From the human T2T-CHM13v2.0 reference genome, Homo sapiens: a stretch of 64,000 nt of DNA. The stretch is taken from NCBI RefSeq assembly GCF_009914755.1, contig NC_060927.1. One strand, given 5' to 3'. The notes under the pieces are model-generated. The model did no database searches. It worked only from the letters and a program-made list of their open reading frames with translations, and was not told where the DNA came from. The position numbers and the translations under genes are program-made. This document shows, piece by piece, positions 53,157 to 64,000 of the stretch. How positions within the stretch are numbered: position 1 is the stretch's first letter; each line of letters starts with the position of its first letter.

Positions 53157-54966
53157 CTGTAATGAAAAGCGGAGCTAGTCAGGGTCATTTCTGATCAATG
53201 TGTTGTGGTTTCTGGGGTTATTTATTGATGAGTAGGAACAGGTGTGTCCTTTTCCCACAGCAATCACTCTCCCATAGCAATTTGTAAATATACTAAGCCT
53301 CATTTTTTTCCTTTTGTTCGTTCATTTATTCATTCATTCTATATTTATAGTCTCTGGGCCAGTTTTGAGCACAAAATAAACTAAACACAGCTCCATGCTA
53401 TAAAATTTGAAAAACAACATTCATAATTTTATAGCATAGGAGTTAAGCATGGGGAATTATAAATCACATCAACCTAAGTTTTAACACTTATATAACCAGT
53501 CACAAGATCTCTCTGAACCTCAATTTTCTCATCTGTAAAATGAGAATTAGTGTCTACTGCAAAGGGTTGTGAAAACTAAATGAAACAAATACAAGTAAAG
53601 CTCTTGGCACAATGTTCATTTAATAAATGCCAAATGTAATCATCATTTTATCCATACTTACTGTAGAAAATTTGAAAACTGTAGAAAAACATAAATGAAA
53701 AAATTATAATGACCCAAAATCTCGCTACCCAAGGATAACCATTATCAATATTTTATTATTTTCTTTCCAGTCTTTTTAAGCAACTTTGGATTATAGTGAA
53801 TTTACAGTTTGATCTCCCAACCCCCATTTTATCGCATATTATTGCAAAGGTTTGTTACTTAGTTTGAAATTATACTTTAGTATTAGCTATCTAAGTAAAA
53901 TTTAAACCTACTACTTATCTTTTTTTAACCAAATACTAGAGATTTTTAAGCAAAGGCAATTTGTTAACCTAGAACTAAAGCACTAGGTTTGCAGTTCATT
54001 TGTCCAGGAATCAGACACTGTTAATCAAATACACTGTTAATTGACTGCCATTTCAGGGGCATTAAGAGTATCCTTTTCAGATTTATTTGATGGTGAAAAT
54101 AAGCAGTTAATACTGCACTTATAAGGATGGGATAAGAGCATGGATGTAGGAGCTGTAGCAGGGAGACTTTTTCTTTCCCCATATTCCTGATTTGGCCCAT
54201 TAAAAAGGAAACTTCTGTTTCGTATTTCTTATTTCCCTTCTTCCCCTTAAGGAACGTGGAGTGAGTCCCTGCTTGGTAAGAATCTCCTTGGGCTGTGTTA
54301 ACACTGGGCTGTGTTAATAGTGAGTGCTAATACTATATCATAAAAGCAAGAAAGAGGCTGCATCTTCTTTCTCTTGTTGTCCTGGGACCATCTGTGCTAA
54401 GCAATGGAGGGTTTGCCTTGTGCTTCATAAAGTAAAGGATGAGAAAGGCATAAATCTGGAATACTCAGTCTGGTCCATTTCTTTTCTTTTTTTTTTTTCC
54501 GAGTTTTATTTTTTTTTCTTGCAGTTGGATGGGTAAGTCAGAGAGGTCACTCCCTGGGGTCTAATTCTCTTATTTCAAAGACAAGGAAGTAGGAAACTTC
54601 ATGTTGACTTCAGATGTGAGCTAGTATAGCTTTATGATTAATAAATCCATGATTTCCTTTCAGTGACTTAGCTAGGGCTCAAAGAGGAGGGAAGGTGATG
54701 GACTGCAACTTCAAAATCACAACAGAAGCTACAACAGTGAGTGATCTAGCCAAGCCCAAAGTGCCCTGAGGTCACTGGTAGACTAGTTACATCCAGTATG
54801 ACAGTCATGGTGCAGGCAGAGAACTGGAGTTGTTTTCTCAAGGGAGACAAGGGAGAAAGGGAGAGGTGGGAGAAAGGTGCACAAGGGTTTGTCTTAAACA
54901 GATAGAGAGCACCAGAACTAGAATGTAAGAGATGACCTAGGGGAAATAACAGCCCTCCCATCTTAC

Positions 54967-55131
54967 CTCTGACCAGTCTCCAGATTTCCACTGTGGACAA
55001 GGGAACTCACTGCACCTCTGAATGGTAACTTTCTCTTGATGTGTGCATTTGCTGTCATCCAGTACATCATTTCGGGTATTGACACAAATAGCCCTTCTCC
55101 TCTGGGTCCCACCGTCACAGCTTTTTGAACA
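54967..55131 (-). CDS. ADAMTS9: ADAMTS9 exon (~21), TSR: [13 protein letters not shown]...WKSGDWSE
   Basis: Acceptor ctacag|TGT, donor GAG|gtaaga; 165 nt, phase 0-0. Confidence 0.96.
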
Positions 55132-55605
55132 CTGTAGGGACAAAATAAATAAATAAAACTGTTGCTAAGTTTCTTATAAAGTATGCTGAAGATCCTGGCT
55201 ATGTTGTCTCTTCCAGCTCTTAAGAAACAACACACAAGCTGGCCAACTCTAGTTATTTTGGTGGAGATCTTTTCATGTTATCAGTTTGCTTACCAGGTTT
55301 ATAATTAAACTCAAAATTAGCTCATTGGCATATAAAAATAAAACTGGAAATGGCTTGTAGAGTATGCAAAAGAAATCAGTTGAGTTGTTCCACTTCTTCC
55401 AAATTTCCACACGTCATGCCCATGTCAGACATTACAAATCAACCATGCTACTCTATTCTGGAAAGCTTGAATGGGGTCAGGCATTACAAATCAATCACGG
55501 TCATCTCTTCCGCACAGCCCAAATGGGGCTTACACACCTGCAAGGAGCCACCATCAACTAATCAGACAGCATCCAAGAAGACTCTTTGAGTGAGAGCCAA
55601 CTTAC

Positions 55606-55816
55606 TTCAGTCCAGGCAGAATAGCGCCAGCCACCCGTGTTACATTCCCCTGAGCATTTTTCACGGTTGCTTGGTTTGGGATGGCTGCTGCAAAAACCAT
55701 CATCAACCTTCTCAGTCTTCCCATCCAGCCTGCTATATTTGGCACAGTAGATGTCCAATGTGCGGTAACCCAAGCCACACTGGGCACTACATTCACTCCT
55801 GCTGGCAACATGCCAC
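55606..55816 (-). CDS. ADAMTS9: ADAMTS9 exon (~20): (R)[16 protein letters not shown]...WRYSAWTE
   Basis: Acceptor gcatag|G, donor GAA|gtaagt; 211 nt, phase 2 to 0. Confidence 0.96.
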
Positions 55817-58159
55817 CTATGCAAAAATAATGGGGCAAAACCAACATTTCTGTTAAAAATATATGCCTTATCTATAGTCAACTGGTATTCATAGAAGAGT
55901 TGAGTTCTTTTTTCTTTCTTAACTCGAATACCATGAAGCCCAAAGCCACAGTCAGTTGCTAAAATCTAATTTTAAACCAACATATCCATGTGTTTTTCAT
56001 GGCTGCCAATGTACATAGAAGTCACAGAATGACAGCCAGAGGTGTTACCTTTGTGATGATTTTACCCCGATAGTCAATCTGAAATTCAAGCTACCAAAAG
56101 GAAAAAATTTTTTTCAAGTGTATTAAAACCTGTGTACATTATTATCTGTAAATAAAGGCTCTTAAATTCCTTGAAGACATGGACTATATTTTATACAATT
56201 CAATTATACACTTTAAAATTAGATTTGAATCTATAAATCTCTGTCACCTTTGTATCCATACTACCTGTAATGAGATTATGGGGGGACACAGTAGGTATTC
56301 AGTGTGTGCTGGCCAATCGTCTGGTTCTTTTAATACCCTAGGAATATGATCAGCAGTGCTTAAATTTAAAAAGAAAATAAATAATATTCTTAAACTAAAT
56401 AGAATATTCTAAATAAATGACCTTAAAATGTATTTTGTTGATTAGATTTAGAAATCCAAAAAGGGTGATTTCCTTGTACTCTTCATTGGATTTCACTCTT
56501 GACTGTTCACTCATCACTGCTTAGAAATTGTGTGGTTTGTTGGTTACCAATGTCCTGAGACTACTTCCATGTGTACCTGTCCAGGGTAGAACTCAGGGTA
56601 AAAAAGAGTTCTGGCCTCATGCTTATCTTGGAATTTCTCATGAATGCCCCAAAGTAGGTCAGAGTTGACCATCTGGCAAGTAAAGTGGGCTATGGAGATT
56701 TTCCAATAGAGTGACACCATATTTGGGGGATTTTGTTCTAACCCGGAACATGTTCAATGAGAAATTGTAAAACAATGCTTTATCTCATCCTGTCACAGTG
56801 TAGTGGGGCAAACTCTCACTTCCTTCAGGAAGTGTGGCAAAAATGTGGCCCAATTCAACAGAAGCATCTGGAACTTTCATCTGCCCTTTGATTCTTGGCT
56901 ACCTTCTCTTTGCCTTCGTCACCATTTCCTTGTGGAAAGGTTATTTTCCATCCTGGATGAAGAAGGAAGGTGTCCTGCCTCCACAAGAAAACATGCCAGC
57001 AGCTTAGCATGGCAGAGTGGCTCAAGTGCCCCTGACAGTAACATCATCCCCAGAATCTGAGCAGAGAATCTTGAAGAGTCTATGGAAAGGGCATAGCGCA
57101 GCCTTAGAAAAGTTCTCAAAATGCTACCCCCTGCTTTGTAGTCTCTCCCTGGATGGTGGTCTTCAATGTTTCGTGTTCATTTAGTTCATTTCAAGGGACA
57201 TAAAATACAATTGTATTTTAATACTATATTTCAGGAAACCATATTCCAAAGTGTTGTTACTAAGTAGAAACTGAGAAAAAAAAAGTGTAAGCCTGTGTGT
57301 TTTTATTGCAGGGGAAGTTGTGGGATTAAATAATTTTAAGAACGACTGAATTCAAAAGGTTTTATATATTACAGAACTTTTCAAGGCCTTCAAAATGTTG
57401 ATCAGCATTATTAACCTCCACAGGGGGAAGGAGATTCTTGGTAAGTCTTGTCAGACATACTGGTGTGCCATGAATCATCATTCAAAATGAGTGATCCACA
57501 ACCATGCGTTTGGAAAAGCTATTTCAGAGTTTGACCAATCAGTAACAATCCTCTCTTCAGTCTTTCAGTTTTGGACACAGCTACTTGACAATAATTACTA
57601 TAAATCATGGTTATATTGACTGTTAGTTTGATAGATGCAAGATAGAACACCTTATTTAGGCTTGGTTTGTGTCGGTGTATTTTTCAGTGAACGATTTTAT
57701 TTTCCCAACAATCTATACAGGCCAGTAAGCTACGCATTTAAAAGCTGACAAATAGGCATGATCTTCTGGTTAATTTTAGGAATGAGCATGCACCTGTCTA
57801 ATGAGGCCTTGGAAACTAATCCTAAACTCCTGGTTTTTCTTTGCATTTTAAAATTCCTAACCCTATGATCTTCATATCTACCAAAAGACCTGGACATAAT
57901 CCCTTTACCTTTTCTTTAATTAGAGGTGCTATTATTACCATTGGCCTATGATCTGACGTGCTGTCCTTGTTTGGTCTGAGTAGAGTACATATAAAAGTTA
58001 AGTGTCAAAAAAATAGTGACTTTCTCCAAATGGGAAATTTAGAATTTAGAATAGCTTAGTGTGCTAGCATACCTACTATATGAAACACAAAGAACTGAAG
58101 CCCTAATTACAGCTAGGTATTGTGACATTATTTTTAATAAAAATCAGAGGATGAACTAT

Positions 58160-58380
58160 GGAATCAGAAAGACCTGGATGTGAGTGTCAATTAAGTGACC
58201 CTAGTTGCGTGCTTCACTAAGCCTCAGTTTCCTCATCTGTGAAATGGAGGGAAACAGAACCTATTTCACTGGGATATTTGGGGGATTGAGTGAGGCAAGC
58301 CATGTGTAGCATTTCACACATATGGCAGACATTCAAGAAAAGTAGCTATTCCTGTTATAATTTATTATTATTATTATCAT
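58160..58380 (+). mobile_element. MIR SINE
   Basis: aagcctcagtttcctcatctgtgaaatgg core. Further MIR-like fragments near 7400, 10850, 13950, 15300, 25750, 34300, 35750, 42750, 44100, 53500, 59150 and 62400. Confidence 0.8.
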
Positions 58381-60759
58381 TATCCTTGGTGTTTCATTCT
58401 CCAACCAAGTTTTAAGCATCATGTAACTCCACGTAAACCAATGAGCGGAAATCTATTTGAGATCTTTTGCATCATTTTACACAAAAACTCATGGCTTCGG
58501 GGGTACCTTTTAATGTATTAGCTTTATAAGCACTGTTTACATTTTATGTCTAAAGGCTTCCAATGCAGGAGAAACTTTGGAGAACACCACATAAGCCAGC
58601 ATCATCACAAATTAAATAGTGGCTCACTTTGGAATCTGCTCAAAGTGAAAAATAGTTTTTCAAAATAACAGCTCAAACATTATCTCCACCCTCAAATTGG
58701 TGCTCCATGGGTAAACTTAAAAAGAGGGTTCTTAAAGAATTATTTATTTTTTAGATCACATTCTATTATTCGCAATGCTATGTATAAATCCACCATCTGT
58801 GCGATCATAGGAGCATACTTAGCACTGTAGGCAGGAGTTCTGCTGTATCTATAGTTATAATCAGAGACTCAACCAGTCCCGTTCTGATTCAATCAGTGGA
58901 GAAAAAACAGGTAAGGGGCTCCAAGCAAGGTAGGGAACAGGGATGGGGCAAAAAAACTCATGGGAATTATTTCTTTTCACAAAGGAAGAGAAGCTACCCA
59001 GAATAGAATCCATGAGTAACACTCATCGTTATAACTGAATTAAGAATAAAAATAACTCTCTCCTAGGATTTAAGCACAGGATCTAGGTACAGATTTAGAT
59101 TTCCGTCACTCCACTAACTCGTTGTGTGAGCTTGTGCAATTTGTTTAACGACTCTCAGCCTCTATTTTCCTTATTTGTAAAGTGGTAAGAATAATAATAT
59201 ATAAATCATAATGTTGTTTGAAGAATTAGTAGGGTATTAATTATATTAACAGGATAATAGATAATGGGATAATATAAGAACAATCCTATTAGTAAAAGAA
59301 TATTAATAGGATAATATATAACTGTTAAAAAAAATAGTTCTTAGTAAATGGTTGACTCTATTACCATAACCATTACAGAGTACTGGGGAATATAGTGATA
59401 ATTTGATATAAGGCTACCCAGAAAATGTCACCATTCTCAATTTATTAAGGTTGTGCCTCAAGGAATCTATCCACCAATTCATTTTTTTCCCCAAACTGTA
59501 GTGATTAATTCAGTTTAGCGGTTAGTTAACTAATTATTTTTTCCTGAAGAGACTTGAACTTTAATTTAACTCAATTGGCTGAAACAAAGATGGGTTTATA
59601 TGGACACTATCTACAACAAGAATATTGCCTAGTATAAACGTCTGCCTTTTAATGTCTTCCTGTTTTTTTTTTTTTACAATGACTTTTGTCAATATATTTT
59701 GGCAAGCCAATTTCACTAGGGCAATGAGCTAGAAAGTCAGTGACACTGGGTAGAGGCTAGAAAGATCCTGGGCTTTGAAGTCAGAGCCTTCAGTCAGAAC
59801 TGGCAAAAATATGACACTCGTACCGTAACTGCTCCTCTCACTTCCATGGCAGACATTAGTAGTCAATCTCAGAACTCCTCTATTTTCTCAGAGCCTCAAG
59901 TAGGCCTCATAATCTGCACTAAAGCACTACAGGCAGCCAATACCCTTTGATAGGATTTGGCATTGTAATGTGGAGCCTTCAAAGTGCTTAAGTATTCACT
60001 TTTCTGCTTATAAATGGTGAGACCTTAACACATTCCTATACCACTCTCCACTGAATTTCCCTTCTTAAAAGGAGGACAAAACAGCAACTCACCTTAACTG
60101 CATTTAACTGTCATGCAGAGTATAAAATGCAAGCCCTGACTACTTAATATTTCAATATGACACAGTCAACCTTGCAGGCAAATAGAAAAGCTTCAGAATG
60201 CTCTACCCACCCAGTATTTCCTGCCTCGGATTTTACACTTTTCTTAAACACAGAATTGTTTGAATATCTCAGACATCCATATATACATTTTCTTCTTGTT
60301 TCTTCCATGACGCTACCTTAGTGTACTGCAACTTTCAGGTGTGTAGGAGTTCTTCTACTGGGTGGTATACACTCTCGGTAGATATAGGTCATTATGGGTA
60401 CTTTGAGGGATGAGGTTCTCCCCCTTTTCTTTTGACTTTCAAAACAAGTTTTCACGTACAATGTGACTCAATCATAATGCTAATACCTACCCAGCAAGTT
60501 GTGAGGATCAACTGAATTTTTTTTGGCAAGTGCCATACTCTATTAGCTATTTTTAATTCTTAGGTGAACAAGAAATCTGCACATGTATGTCTTGGATAAT
60601 CAGTTCCAGAGGGATGGAGAATTGGTTAAAGCTTATTTCACTGAAACACAAGAAAGGGGAACTAAAGACCAGCATCCCCTCCTTTTGCTTCTCCTGCTGG
60701 GACCTCCTGCAAGACTCTCACAATTCAGTAATAAAGGCCTTGAGAAAACAGTGGCCCAC

Positions 60760-60886
60760 CTCAGGTCACAGTCTGTACCACAGGGTTCAGTAATGTGTCC
60801 AGGCTGGGGCAGCCGATCGCATCTTTGATCAGAAACAGTAAGCTGATCAGATTCCCTGGTGCAAACAAGTTTTCGTTTCCGTTCCC
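60760..60886 (-). CDS. ADAMTS9: ADAMTS9 exon (~19): (G)[14 protein letters not shown]...PCGTDCDL(R)
   Basis: Acceptor cttag|GG, donor GAG|gtgggc; 127 nt, phase 1 to 2; not in the ORF track, read manually. Confidence 0.95.
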
Positions 60887-60949
60887 CTAAGCAGAAAGGG
60901 AAAAAAAATTATTCAGGGAAAATAATCTATTCCATAAACTATTTAGACC

Positions 60950-61518
<569 letters not shown>

Positions 61519-61844
61519 TTAGACAAAAGAAAACAAAATAAATAACATATGCTATGACTACTAAAACCATGCTCTGGAAAATTACAATGGCGGAGGTGAT
61601 TTTTGCTTGGTTTTACACATGTGTACAAAAATTTCTTAGGATGAAGAAATCTAAAATTTCTTGAATCACTTAAAAAGTTCAACTTCCCAGCCAAAAATGA
61701 CCAGACACATTCAAAGAAAAGAGATTAGAGAACGTATGCAGATAGAAGGGTTTGCAGTTTGCATGCATTTGGCTGTTATTAAAAATAAATAAATAAATAA
61801 AATAAACTTCTCAAATCCCCAGAACTCAAATTCAAAGCAGATAC

Positions 61845-61974
61845 CTTGGCAGGGTTTACTGCATGCTTGCCATGGCCCATGACTGTTCCAGTAAAACTGC
61901 TGAGGTTTATCTTCAATTGGAATATTGAAAGAATAGCGTACATCGGGGTTGTACAACTTTCCCACCGACAAAAC
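61845..61974 (-). CDS. ADAMTS9: ADAMTS9 exon (~18), end of spacer and start of TSR: [14 protein letters not shown]...WQACSKPCQ(G)
   Basis: Acceptor ttctag|GTT, donor AAG|gtatct; 130 nt, phase 0 to 1; preceded by a 92-nt intron. Confidence 0.96.
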
Positions 61975-62066
61975 CTAGAATGTGTGGACAAAACAGAAAC
62001 GAACTGGGTGGGCTTAGTAATGCCAAGCAGAAGAAAAGGGTGGTGGGCTCATGGTCAAGTTTTTAC

Positions 62067-62233
62067 CTGAAGCAAAAGTTCTTGCTCAATGCGATCTGTT
62101 GAGTTAATTCTTTCTACGGCAGTCTCGGACCCACTGTACTCTACCACAGCATTCCCAATGCGAATTTCCCTTTTGGCCATTGTGACAACAAAGTTTCCAT
62201 TTAGCAAGAATTCACCTTTACTGCTTGATAAAG
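62067..62233 (-). CDS. ADAMTS9: ADAMTS9 exon (~17), spacer domain (A)[14 protein letters not shown]...IEQELLLQ
   Basis: Acceptor cctacag|CT, donor CAG|gtaaaa; 167 nt, phase 1 to 0; N-glycosylation sequon NST. Confidence 0.96.
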
Positions 62234-62764
62234 CTGTAGGTGAAGAAACAGAATAATACATTGATCTGCTGTCAATGACTAGCTGTTTGAAATATGAAGT
62301 AACATCTGGATAGGTAGAGAGTCGCTGTGCACGGAATGGGGACTTTTGAGGCAGACAGGCATGGCTTCAAGTCCCAAGTTTGCTACTTGCCAGCTGTGTG
62401 GCTTTGGGAATCATTTTCCATCCATCTCCATTTCTTTATCTCTAAAGTGGAGATAAAAGCACCTACTCCCTTGTGGTATCTGTGAAAAATAAAATGTAAC
62501 CTAGGTGTCCTAATAAACCTTGATCTTGTTATACAAGACCCACAGTTATAGAATTATAGATGGAAACAAAAGTGTTTATATGATTTGAAAATATGCATTA
62601 GTGAACGGAACACTTACAAAATTGGTTCCTAGACAAATCTATATATACTAGAATTAGTCAAGCCTGTTGAATCTTTGTTAAGTCTTTTTTGTTTGACAGA
62701 TGTTGAAATCTGAAAATCCATGGTTAATATGATGCTCAAAGATCTCCTTATCAGTGTAGCTCAC

Positions 62765-63280
62765 TGTGGTAGCCAGCCTCAAATATGGCCCCAACGAGCC
62801 TTGTGGCATGGTATTCACACTATGTGTCATCCCCTCCCACATTCAATAGGAATGACTGCAATCACTAGGACAATGCAGAAACAACAGAACCTGACTTCTA
62901 AGGCAAGGCCAAAGGCACTTTGGCTCTGCCTTGCTCTTCCTTGGACCTCTGGTTCTGGAAGAAGCCAGCTGCCATGTTGTGAGGATACTAAAGAACCCAC
63001 AGAGAGGCCTGCAAGCAGCAGGGAAGTACTGACTCCTTCTGCCAACACCCTCTGAGTGAGTAATCTGGGAAGTGGATTCTCCAGCCCTAGTTGAGTCTTC
63101 AGATAATACTACATTCCTAACTGCCATCTTGACTACAACCTCATGAGAGACTTCAAGCCAGAAACACCCATATATGCTGCTCCCAAATTCCTTACATGAG
63201 AAACCGAGAGATAGTATATATTTGTTGTTCTAAGCCACTATGTCCTGAGATAATTTGTTACACAGTAAAAGATTAATACA
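62765..63280 (+). mobile_element. MLT1 (MLT1F-like) MaLR solo LTR
   Basis: TG...CA ends; gaagccagctgccatgttgtgagg; ttgttgttctaagccacta...ataatttgttacacag. Confidence 0.85.
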
Positions 63281-63299
63281 CAAACCCAGACCATTATTT

Positions 63300-63530
63300 C
63301 TAAACCTGCAACTGCCTCCCATTGTTAGCACATATTACATACTCTCTATCCGCTTTCTCATCTTTCTCCATGGCACTTTGTTTATACTCTCTCTTTCCAA
63401 ACAAGAATGTAAGACCCATGATGGTAAGAATGTTGGGATCATTTTATTCACTACTGTACCCCAGTTTCTGAAAGAGCACATGGCAGGTGCTCAGTAAATA
63501 TGTATCTTCGGGGAAGAATGAATGAATCTA
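63300..63530 (+). mobile_element. L2 3' end
   Basis: agaatgtaagacccatgatggtaagaa...ggtgctcagtaaata...gaatgaatgaat. Confidence 0.75.
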
Positions 63531-63644
63531 CTCCAGATCTTGCAAAAGATGAAAAAAATCAGTGATGCTGCAAAAGTGATATTGGAGAACTGCTTGAATC
63601 GAGTGCCAAAATGTTGGCCAAATGAGAACCTGGCAGAGTTAGAC

Positions 63645-64000
63645 CAGTTATGGAATCTAAAATAGTCAAACCCATAGAAGCAGAGGGTAGAGTGGTAAAT
63701 GCCAGGGGCAGGAGGGAGGGGGGATGGGGAGATGTTGGTCAAAGATACAAAGATTCAGTTAAGCAAGATGAATACATTCTGGAGATCTAGTATACAGCAA
63801 TGTGACTATAGTTAACTTTAGTGTATTGCACACTTGAAATTTGCTTAAAGGGTAGATGATAAGTGTTGAAATAAACAAAGAGAGTGGGAAAGAGAAAGAA
63901 GAAAGAAAGGAAAAGAGAGACAAAGAAAGAAAAGGAAAGAGGAAGGAAGGAGGGAAGAAAAGAAAAAAGAAAACAAAAGGAAATGGTAACTATATGGGTG
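63645..64000 (+). mobile_element. L1MA-type 3' UTR with GA-rich simple repeat (~63875-63980); continues past window
   Basis: ggggagatgttggtcaaagatacaaag...ttctggagatctagtatacagc...cacttgaaatttgct. Confidence 0.85.

Noticed and set aside
54015-54317. Short direct repeats (acactgttaat x2, gggctgtgttaa x2; also atcaatggaa x2 near 32300)
   Set aside because: Two-copy micro-duplications; no spacer array, so not CRISPR-like or a minisatellite
54500-54540. Apparent plus-strand 8-nt microexon tttcttgcag|ttggatgg|gtaagt
   Set aside because: Outside the inferred antisense transcript; T-tracts readily mimic acceptors; no independent support

Overview
Human (primate) genomic DNA from the interior of ADAMTS9, a secreted metalloprotease gene on the minus strand. 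Fourteen coding exons can be delimited from GT-AG sites. They splice into one continuous frame running from the spacer domain through the long thrombospondin type-1 repeat (TSR) array, and correspond by my recollection to exons 17-30; both ends of the gene lie outside the window. On the plus strand there are splice and poly(A) signals consistent with the antisense lncRNA ADAMTS9-AS1, with a first exon overlapping ADAMTS9 exon 30 and a last exon in the 25.7 kb intron 28. The rest is intron rich in ordinary repeats: 9 Alus, a nested L1 complex, L2/MIR, MER20/MER58A/MER3/MER1B/MER104/Arthur1 DNA transposons, an MLT1 LTR and microsatellites. Repeat family names are from recall and their boundaries are approximate. 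I found no convincing new protein-coding system. The most interesting observations are: one base pair that appears to serve as both the ADAMTS9 branch-point A and the T of the antisense GT donor; a uniform phase-0 exon cassette architecture with inverted Alus around cassettes; two intron read-through C-termini, each next to an A-run that could misprime cDNA; and several informative transposon structures.
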